Assembly: GCA_963809695.1 (NCBI GenBank)
Contig: CAWEKI010000010.1
Span: 606,225-670,224 of the forward strand
DNA from: an uncultured Bacteroidota bacterium
GTDB lineage: Bacteria; Bacteroidota; Ignavibacteria; UBA10030; UBA6906
Reading direction: 5' to 3'
Length of the DNA: 64,000 nt
Each line of letters begins with the position of its first letter. The stretch's first letter is position 1. Of this stretch, positions 28,147-35,617 are shown one piece after another. Both the position numbers and the translations under genes were made by a program. Under the pieces are notes generated by a model that saw only the letters and a list, made by a program, of their open reading frames with translations, searched no databases and was not told the DNA's origin.

Positions 28147-29982
28147 CTACAGGAAAAACACGTGCCCCCAGTTGCCACCAACCCTAAAACACAATTTCCC
28201 ATTCGATACCAGTGGTTTCCAGCTGCCGCTGTAATCACTCAGGAGATCGGTCCAGACTCCATTTTCCGGAAAAGGGACGCATACCTCCTGAAGTTGATCT
28301 GAAAAATTCAGCACAATAATGAACCTTTGGAGAATACCCTGCTCATTCAATCCCCATCGATGATAGATAACCAATTGTCGCTCAACATCGACTCCATATC
28401 CTTCCGGATTGAATTTCGTCTGCCATTCTTCCCAGGGTTGAGGGTAAAAATTCGCTGAACGAAGCCCCGGATACTGTTGCCGAATGTTGGCCATTCTCGC
28501 ATGGAGTTGTGTGAGGTTTCTGCCGATTGAGTCAATTGCACGCTTCCACCGCAACGGTCTCGGAGAAACCCTCCTGCCTGTTCCCTGGTCATCCTCGGGA
28601 ATCCAATGGTCTTCACCGAATTCTGAACCATTCTGGACCATCGGCGACGCCGAAGCAGTGAACAACGCGATGACATACGGTTGAGTCTTGTACCACTGCA
28701 TGGAACCATTATTTGCTACGGCTCCCGCCTGCCAGCCCACATGCGAATGATCATGGTTGCCGAGATAGAGAGTCGGCACTTTGTCGACGGAGTCTAGGAA
28801 TCGCTGGTTATTGAGCGAGTTCAAAAACTTTGAGTCGATCTGCCTATTCCACAGATATTGGAACGTGCACGCGTAAAGGGAGTTGTCCCAGAAGCTCGTC
28901 GCCATCGTGTCATTCGTGAGGCGAGCTGCGCTCATATCGATATGCTCCAGCGTCAACGAGAAATTTCTCTCGCCAAATGCATGAATGCCCTCCAGGAGAC
29001 GGACTAGACCGTTGGGATCCCCTGCGACATAGAAATTCACTGTATTATCGAAACGAATGCCGTCAATGTTGAATGTTTCCATCCAATACTTGCAGACGTC
29101 CAGAATGAACAGGTTCGTGCACTCATTGTTGAAGTTCAAATCCTGCAAACCCGAAAAGCTTCCACCGTAGGTTCCTGAATACGGACAGTCATTCGGATTG
29201 AGGTACATCGATTTATAAGGAAAATCCACGCTGACATGGTTGTAGACACCATCCATGATCACGTGAAGATCGCGTTCGTGGCATGACCTGACAAGTGTTT
29301 TCAACCAGGATAGTTTTTCCGATGGGTGGTCGAGATCGTTGGCATAGCGGTATTCCACCGCAAAGTATTGGAAGGGTTCGTATCCCCAGTCGAAATCACG
29401 GTTTTTCCATGCAGTCCAGGGCATGAAGAGGATAGCATTGAATCCCAGCTGTGTCAGGTAATCCAGCTTATCGGTAACCGCATCAAGCGGAGATCTCTTT
29501 CCCCTGTATTCAGCAGTGAAGTCATCGAGGTTGAGCTCATACACAGTCAAATCGCGCAAATGCTTCCGTCCGTTCTTGAGCGGTGGCACGACGTTATCTG
29601 CAGGCCGACTGCCCCCGATGACAAAGGCGGCATTCTGATTATCCGTGCCGCCGTACCGTGCGTAAGGATCTGACACTATTCTCGATGTGCCGTCAGTAAA
29701 AGTAATCAGGTATTTGTACTGGTAGAACCCTTCCTTGAGTTCCTTGTCGGTACGATGGCTCCAGAAGGTCCCCTCCGGGGTTTCCTTCTTTGTCAGCTCA
29801 AAGCCCGAGGGAAAATCCCAATTCTGGTGTTCGGAAATCTGCTCCTGAAAATCTCCCGCCGCGCGAATAGACGTGATGTGCGGATCCCACCCCTTAGGAA
29901 AGTAGATCTTGAATTCCACTCTGCCTTTCCTCCGATCTCCTCCTATTTGCCACGCTCCGAGTTTGTCTGCGATGATAGGCAT
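28147..29982 (-). CDS. GH13 alpha-amylase-family glycoside hydrolase with an N-terminal CBM48/E-set-like beta-sandwich
   Basis: 611 aa. The GH13 conserved regions are present: DGVYNHVS (I), DGIRFDNTVNF (II) and YLGNHDHSH (IV). The N-terminus, GRVEFKIYFPKGWDP.ITSIRAAGDFQ, is typical of AMPK-beta/CBM48 modules. Confidence 0.85.
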   Translation of the reverse strand: MPIIADKLGAWQIGGDRRKGRVEFKIYFPKGWDPHITSIRAAGDFQEQISEHQNWDFPSGFELTKKETPEGTFWSHRTDKELKEGFYQYKYLITFTDGTSRIVSDPYARYGGTDNQNAAFVIGGSRPADNVVPPLKNGRKHLRDLTVYELNLDDFTAEYRGKRSPLDAVTDKLDYLTQLGFNAILFMPWTAWKNRDFDWGYEPFQYFAVEYRYANDLDHPSEKLSWLKTLVRSCHERDLHVIMDGVYNHVSVDFPYKSMYLNPNDCPYSGTYGGSFSGLQDLNFNNECTNLFILDVCKYWMETFNIDGIRFDNTVNFYVAGDPNGLVRLLEGIHAFGERNFSLTLEHIDMSAARLTNDTMATSFWDNSLYACTFQYLWNRQIDSKFLNSLNNQRFLDSVDKVPTLYLGNHDHSHVGWQAGAVANNGSMQWYKTQPYVIALFTASASPMVQNGSEFGEDHWIPEDDQGTGRRVSPRPLRWKRAIDSIGRNLTQLHARMANIRQQYPGLRSANFYPQPWEEWQTKFNPEGYGVDVERQLVIYHRWGLNEQGILQRFIIVLNFSDQLQEVCVPFPENGVWTDLLSDYSGSWKPLVSNGKLCFRVGGNWGHVFFL

Positions 29983-30179
29983 GTTGCGGGCCCTTTCCTG
30001 CTACTGTACAAAATCAATAGAGATCACACTCAGCTGAGTCACCAAGCCGCGGGAAGCTTCTAACTTCTGGATGTGCACAGCGAACATTAGTACGTCAAAG
30101 CTGCCGGACTTGAACGACGCCAAATGCGACATTGCAGCTCTTGGAGTCCCTTTGATCCATGGCAAGGCCCCCTTCTCCT

Positions 30180-31844
30180 TTACTTACCCACCCAGAAGTC
30201 AATTTCACGAAGCGCTTTGCTCCCTGGCTTGAGATACCCCTTCTGCCATTGGTTGTTATCTTGCAGCCCTTTCCACCGTTTGCTCTTCGCTTGCGTCTGG
30301 CGGCGGAAGCGCCAACGATACTGGTTGTAGATGGCCATGATGTTCGCTGCATAGGCCGACGCAAGACCGGGCGCTTCCCGGATAATGAGCAGGTTTTCGT
30401 CGTTCGAGGAGCTTGCCTTCGGACCAAGATTGTGCGATCCTGTAAGCACTACCGGATGTTTGCTCAGTGGATCTACCAACACCACCTTGCTGTGGACCAT
30501 AGCAAACGTTTTGGGCAACTTCTTCAGCTCCCTGCGGAAGAACTTCGTTGCCTCGTCGATTGCTGCAGGAAGAACAACGTCATAGTCCGCTTTCTCCGAA
30601 GTACCAAGGTCGAAGAGTTGCACAGGATTCTTTGTCGTGCTGGGATCTTGATTGATTGCCCCGCGAATGTACAACCTCTTCCCTGCTGTTCCACTTTGTG
30701 CAGTCTTGATGATCTCATTGAGCAGCGTATCTCTAGGCCCGGGATTGAACATCAAGAAGAGTATTGCTTGTTTTGCTCCGGCGATGATGCCGCGTGCCTC
30801 CTGAAGATCTACTTGCCCTATTGTCGGTGTAAACCAGAGCCGTACTTTTCTCGGCCCAACAGTTGGGTCCCGCGGCACACTATCACTTTTCTTCAATTCT
30901 GGGGGGGTATCAGGGCCGGCATCCCGGAGCAAATCCCACTGCTTCCGGTACTCGCTCGCCAACTGAGGAGCATCAATGAGCACAGAATTGTTGGCTTGCG
31001 TGCACAGCCCGGTCATCGTCCAGTTCTGGCTGCCAGTCCACACCCAACGGGGTTTCTGCTGCTTGTCGCAGATGACCAGAAACTTGTTGTGCCCCAATGC
31101 CCGCGGGGAAATCATCCGGTCGTGCAGGTCGATCTTGCCCTGAAGTTCCTTCCGTGCCTCGCTGTTCTGGTCCTGCCCTTTCTTCTTCGCACTGCCATTG
31201 GCAAGCACCACATGGGCGTGTTGCCCGAGTGCCGCCAGCGCCGTAACGAGTTGCTTGTCATCCAGTTCGTAGAGGGCGGCATAGATGTCGCGCTTTTCCT
31301 TCAGGGTCGAAGCCATCAATTCGAACAGTTCTGTGCCTAACGGACCAGCAAGATAGTTACGAAAGGGATCGTTTGGCGTGCTGATCACTGTGCGCAGCTT
31401 CTTGCTCTGCAAATTGGCCCCGCTGATATCGAGCCGACGCGACACCCACTGAGCGGCGACAATGCCGCGGTTGAAGTAGGCCTCGATTTTCGGCGCCATC
31501 TGATGGGTGAGCGTAATCTTCTTTGTCCACTCGCTGGCAGTGCTGGTATCGGCATGCAGGTTTTTTTTGTCGGGCCCGACCATTGGCACTACGCGATATT
31601 GAAGCGTATCGCCGGGGTTCGCCATATAGTCGGTCCACTGATATTTCTGAATAGGCCAGTTCGTTGAAGAACGACGCTCTCCATCTTGGTACTCGTCGTC
31701 TTCAAAACCGACCCATGTGCTCACTGTCTCTTCAACTCCATTCCTGCGACGCAAAAGTGCAAAGCCCCGGCAATCCGGGATTACGCCTTCGGGTTTCCAG
31801 GCAATGAATACATCATCCCCGTTGTGATAGACCTTGACGTTCAT
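30180..31844 (-). CDS. Phospholipase D-superfamily protein with two HKD motifs and an N-terminal Ig/FN3-like extension
   Basis: HKD-1 is LGHNKFLVICD...WTGSQNWT and HKD-2 is MVHSKVVLVDP...VLTGSHNLG. I prefer the ATG at 31844 (RBS GAGGAGG) over the ORF-track start at 31928. Confidence 0.8.
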   Translation of the reverse strand: MNVKVYHNGDDVFIAWKPEGVIPDCRGFALLRRRNGVEETVSTWVGFEDDEYQDGERRSSTNWPIQKYQWTDYMANPGDTLQYRVVPMVGPDKKNLHADTSTASEWTKKITLTHQMAPKIEAYFNRGIVAAQWVSRRLDISGANLQSKKLRTVISTPNDPFRNYLAGPLGTELFELMASTLKEKRDIYAALYELDDKQLVTALAALGQHAHVVLANGSAKKKGQDQNSEARKELQGKIDLHDRMISPRALGHNKFLVICDKQQKPRWVWTGSQNWTMTGLCTQANNSVLIDAPQLASEYRKQWDLLRDAGPDTPPELKKSDSVPRDPTVGPRKVRLWFTPTIGQVDLQEARGIIAGAKQAILFLMFNPGPRDTLLNEIIKTAQSGTAGKRLYIRGAINQDPSTTKNPVQLFDLGTSEKADYDVVLPAAIDEATKFFRRELKKLPKTFAMVHSKVVLVDPLSKHPVVLTGSHNLGPKASSSNDENLLIIREAPGLASAYAANIMAIYNQYRWRFRRQTQAKSKRWKGLQDNNQWQKGYLKPGSKALREIDFWVGK

Positions 31845-31940
31845 GTCCGTGAGCCTCCTCGATACAATGTGGAAGAATCGACAGAGCGGCCTGTACCATT
31901 TCTTGGCACAATGATTGCGTACGTGCAAATGCGTCAGTTT

Positions 31941-33566
31941 CTATATCTGCTGCGCGGTCAAATCCTCTTCTTTGTTAACCAAGCACGGAGGATTGACCTC
32001 ACGGCCGACATCAGAGGACAGACACAATTTCTGAAGGTTGACCTCCACCCTCATTTCTTCACGCCACTCCTGTTCGAAGATCTTGACAACCCGCTCTTTT
32101 TCTTGAAGAAGGTACTCGATACCATAGGCAAGAAGATCCTCGAGTAATACCTCGAGTGCTTCCGTAGCGCATATGTTACTGCGCTGAATAATGCGCGAAA
32201 GAGCAGTACCGTATTCCTGGTGTGGTTTCGCGAGTCTAAAATAGGTGGCCAAGCGCCGGTCGAAATCCGCCTGCTGGAGGAGCATGACGTTTCCATCCGG
32301 GCTGAAATTGCGGCGTTGGATGAGGCGTTGCACGAGGAACTCATACCAGTTCAGCCTTCCGTCAGGATAGTCGTATTCGGGGCGTGTTGCGGTCCCCTTA
32401 AGGCGGCCCTCATCGCGAAGGCGGGCCTCGATCGGCGTGCCGGCGTAGGGAAGCATCTTGCAGAAGTTGATAGGAAAGTAGCCGTCGTCCCCTACGGTCT
32501 TCAGAAATCGAATGTTCTCCCTTATGCTCTCTGCCGTGGAGTACGGATCAAAGAGCATGAACCCGATTGACAGGGCAATGTTGTGCCGTTTGAGGAGATC
32601 GACAGCAGCAAGATTCTGCGCCGCGCTCACATGCTTGTTCAAGGTTCGCAGCCCTGCATCGCTGCCCGATTCCACTCCAAGGTATACACCAAGCAATCCA
32701 TAGTCTTGCATCTTGCCGAGCATTTCCGACTCGACGTCATCGACGCGACATGATACCTTCCACGCTATGTCACCAACCAGCCTGCGAATTCTCAGTTCCT
32801 TCAGGAATGCTGTCACCCAATCCTTTTGGGCTCGCGACCTCGAGGCAAAATCGTCATCCTGAAAACTGAAAAACCGGATCTCCCTTTCATGGTAGAGGCG
32901 GGACATTTCAGCCACGACTCCGTGAGGCGATCGGGTCCGCCGCAAGAGACCCCGTGACGCGCCGTAAAACTGTCTGATGCTACAGAACGAGCAATTAAAG
33001 AGACAACCACGGCTCCCTAACATCGCAGCTCCTTTTATCCCCCCCACCATCTCCTGAGGTGCATCCCTCACTAGCTGCGGCAGACTGTCAAGATCGGCGA
33101 TGAGCGGCCGGGGTTTCGTGACGACAATCCCCGCATCCGTTCTGAAGGCCAGTCCGGCGATCTTTTCCCAGCGCTCCCGATGACCAAGCTCTTGAACCAG
33201 TTTTAGTAATGTGATTTCCCCCTCAAACCTTACGATGCTATCAAGCTCGGGGATCAAATCAAAGGTCTCCCGGGGTCGAAGGCTGGGGAAGTGCCCTCCC
33301 GCAGTGAAATGCGCCGATATACCGCTGTTGCGGAGATGACGAATGAGCTTTCCAAACTCGTCAAGAGAGTATTGAAAGATCAATGAGAAGCCCACAACGA
33401 GCGGGTTCAAACGTTGCACAGCGGAAAGTACTGCGTCGTCGTTGGCGGGATTGAATGGGAAAAGGATCGCTTGGCAACCATGTGCTCTCAAATACGCAAG
33501 GATCGACCGCAGTCCCAGATTCTCCTGTCGCTCATAACCTACCAGGAGGACATCGACGCGTGGCAT
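31941..33566 (-). CDS. B12-binding-domain radical SAM enzyme
   Basis: An N-terminal Rossmann-like B12-binding region (VDVLLVGYE...LGLRSILAYLRAHG) precedes the radical SAM cluster motif GCLFNCSFCSI (CxxxCxxC). The start is uncertain: ATG 33566, ATG 33584 or TTG 33653. Confidence 0.85.
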   Translation of the reverse strand: MPRVDVLLVGYERQENLGLRSILAYLRAHGCQAILFPFNPANDDAVLSAVQRLNPLVVGFSLIFQYSLDEFGKLIRHLRNSGISAHFTAGGHFPSLRPRETFDLIPELDSIVRFEGEITLLKLVQELGHRERWEKIAGLAFRTDAGIVVTKPRPLIADLDSLPQLVRDAPQEMVGGIKGAAMLGSRGCLFNCSFCSIRQFYGASRGLLRRTRSPHGVVAEMSRLYHEREIRFFSFQDDDFASRSRAQKDWVTAFLKELRIRRLVGDIAWKVSCRVDDVESEMLGKMQDYGLLGVYLGVESGSDAGLRTLNKHVSAAQNLAAVDLLKRHNIALSIGFMLFDPYSTAESIRENIRFLKTVGDDGYFPINFCKMLPYAGTPIEARLRDEGRLKGTATRPEYDYPDGRLNWYEFLVQRLIQRRNFSPDGNVMLLQQADFDRRLATYFRLAKPHQEYGTALSRIIQRSNICATEALEVLLEDLLAYGIEYLLQEKERVVKIFEQEWREEMRVEVNLQKLCLSSDVGREVNPPCLVNKEEDLTAQQI

Positions 33567-33690
33567 GGTACCCGTGTGGATCATGGAATTCGGATTTACA
33601 GTGAACCGTTCGACAAACCGTGGAAATCGTTCTGGCGGCAGGCTCCCAATCAATCAACAGTGATTCACCTGCCGCCATCGGGCAAGTCGG

Positions 33691-33891
33691 CTACTTCATG
33701 AATCCTGCAATCTCGCCTAGCTCTTTCATTTTCTGGGCCTCTAGCTCTGCAATCTTCGAGTTTAGGCGTTCTTGCACTTCATGGAATTGGGTTATTTGCT
33801 CCTTGTTGAGCTTGATCCACCACGGTATGGGATCCCATGGGATCGGCCTTCGGAGCATAACGAAGAGTCGCATCAGATCAACATCATTCAT
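33691..33891 (-). CDS. Small Trp-rich protein (66 aa) directly upstream of the radical SAM gene
   Basis: MNDVDLMRLFVMLRRPIPWDPIPWWIKLNKEQ..., preceded by a strong RBS (GAAGGAGGCCCGCG-ATG). It is on the same strand as the B12-rSAM gene and 37-124 nt from it. Confidence 0.55.
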   Translation of the reverse strand: MNDVDLMRLFVMLRRPIPWDPIPWWIKLNKEQITQFHEVQERLNSKIAELEAQKMKELGEIAGFMK

Positions 33892-34105
33892 CGCGGGCCT
33901 CCTTCAGTTGAGTTTTTTGCCTGAAGCACGCCAACTCGGCAGCAGGCGGGTTTATTGTCAGAGAGTTGGCTCTATTGGAGAAACAAAGCATCAATCTGCA
34001 GCAGGATGCGAAGCGAGAACGACCCGCGTGTGAGAGTCGGGAGTGCAAACGGAGGCAAGTATCAGGTGCGCTTCCGAAATCTGGGCGCGGGTGGGTCCCA
34101 CCACT

Positions 34106-34771
34106 TCAATCCATATACTCAATCCTGCCATACCCCAGCAAGCGCGGACCAAAGTTTATGTCAAGAGCAACAATCCCCATCGGCGTCATGCCTATGCAGA
34201 AGGGTTGTCCTTGTCGATCACGGAGGTAGAACATGGCGTACCCCGTGTCATAGAAAATCAGATCGCCCGGGCGGGGAGTAGCAGCAACGGGAACATGGCC
34301 GCGCAGGCTGTAGCGCATTCCCAGCTCAATGGGAGGCTGCGTGCGATGCTGGGAGAGAACAAATGCGGCGAAGCCGGGAGAGTCAAATCCTTCTTGGGGC
34401 GTGTTGCCGCCGAGCTTCCAGGAGACTCTTTGGTTCCTGAAGCGGAAGAGATCCTCAATGAGTTTGAATGTTGCATAATTGGCGGCGAGCATCTTCGCCT
34501 CTCCCCAGTCGATTTCATGCCTGTGGCTGGCTAATCCCATCGTGAGCTCAAGGAGAGCCTGCTTGGCCTTTATACTGTCTTGGAGGACCTTGTTCTGATT
34601 GGATAGGGAATCTACGTCGCTCTGGAGCTTCTGCCGCTCGCTCTGGAGATTGCTGAGCGTGTATCCACTATAGATAAGCGAAGCCACCACTACGACCACG
34701 CCAAGAATGCTGGCAACCGCCGTTCGTCGGGAGGATGTGGCCAGGCTCTGAACGTCGATGTTATTTGCCAT
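34106..34771 (-). CDS. Membrane-anchored coiled-coil protein with a degenerate NlpC/P60-like C-terminal domain
   Basis: An N-terminal TM (VASILGVVVVVASLIYSGY) and a coiled coil precede W.LGGNTPQEGFDSPGFAAFVL and PGDLIFYDTGYAMFYL. This matches the NlpC/P60 pattern (Y.WGG..P.GFDCSGF / GDL.F....H.G.Y), but with Cys->Ser and His->Tyr at the catalytic positions. Confidence 0.5.
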   Translation of the reverse strand: MANNIDVQSLATSSRRTAVASILGVVVVVASLIYSGYTLSNLQSERQKLQSDVDSLSNQNKVLQDSIKAKQALLELTMGLASHRHEIDWGEAKMLAANYATFKLIEDLFRFRNQRVSWKLGGNTPQEGFDSPGFAAFVLSQHRTQPPIELGMRYSLRGHVPVAATPRPGDLIFYDTGYAMFYLRDRQGQPFCIGMTPMGIVALDINFGPRLLGYGRIEYMD

Positions 34772-35054
34772 CGTCCTTACCTCCCTTCTCTTTGGCGGAG
34801 GCGATCACAGCCAGCGTCTGATCGAACATTCTCATGAGACGGTTGACTGAGTAGCCGATGAGCCCGGTCGATCCGAAAAGCAGGACCAGGACCTCCGCTG
34901 AAGGGTTCCTGTTGATGATGAGCAACCCCGCTGTCACGAGCAACATCACCACTGAGAGGCCAGTGGCAACGAGGTAGACCAAGCGTTCCAGCCTGAACTT
35001 GTCGATGAGCCAGTTGAGGACATCTTTCAAGCTCGTTAATTCTGTATCATCCAT
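34761..35054 (-). CDS. Small two-TM membrane protein, translationally coupled to the NlpC/P60-like gene
   Basis: 97 aa with TM helices LVYLVATGLSVVMLLVTAGLLII and VLVLLFGSTGLIGY. Its 3' end overlaps the start of the downstream gene by 11 nt. Confidence 0.5.
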   Translation of the reverse strand: MDDTELTSLKDVLNWLIDKFRLERLVYLVATGLSVVMLLVTAGLLIINRNPSAEVLVLLFGSTGLIGYSVNRLMRMFDQTLAVIASAKEKGGKDDGK

Positions 35055-35350
35055 GGTTTCTCTCCCGTATGTGGTTTTCTACAACGCCGCCGCCGATTTG
35101 CGGTCTATCCAATCGACTAGGTTTTGCGTGCGTACAAATCTCGGTTGTATCAGAGTCCGTTCGCTGGCTAAGAAGGGGGAGAGTCCCGCGGGAAGAGATG
35201 GGAGTGCAGATGTAAGCAAGTTGCAGGTGCGCTACCTAGGTCTAGCGCGGGCGAGCTCCCGCAGTTTGACCCTTGACGCTAGCGGCGATTTTACATATTA
35301 AATTCGAGAAAGTCAACGAAAAAAGACAAATTATTTCACAAGGTACCGCA

Positions 35351-35391
35351 AAATAACAACAAAAAAGCCCCATCCGAACTGGCCTGGGGCT
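35351..35391 (-). terminator. Rho-independent terminator closing the giant-protein operon
   Basis: The minus strand reads AGCCCCA-GGCCAGTTCGGA-TGGGGCT followed by TTTTTGTTGTTATTT. This is the only hairpin followed by a T-tract that I found after the five-gene cluster. Confidence 0.6.
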
Positions 35392-35552
35392 CAGGAATCT
35401 TGTTGCGGAATTTCACCTGACCAGCAAAAGCGGTTGGTTCTCAGACGACCCGGAGCAGCATCATTCGTGCGCCATAACAGCAATAAGATTGCAAATATCA
35501 GCAAACCCAACAATGGGCTCGTAATTTCTTTGCCGTTGATGACGATACGCAT
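35391..35552 (-). CDS. Possible 53-aa single-TM ORF between the last giant gene and the terminator (low confidence)
   Basis: My translation is MRIVINGKEITSPLLGLLIFAILLLLWRTNDAAPGRLRTNRFCWSGEIPQQDS, ending in TGA. The stop codon abuts the terminator stem. There is no clear RBS, and the ORF is below the track cut-off. Confidence 0.2.
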   Translation of the reverse strand: MRIVINGKEITSPLLGLLIFAILLLLWRTNDAAPGRLRTNRFCWSGEIPQQDS

Positions 35553-35617
35553 AGTCTGACTTTGCAGCGCGTAACGAAATGATTCGACTTTCCACCTAGG
35601 GACTTTGCTTCACACTG

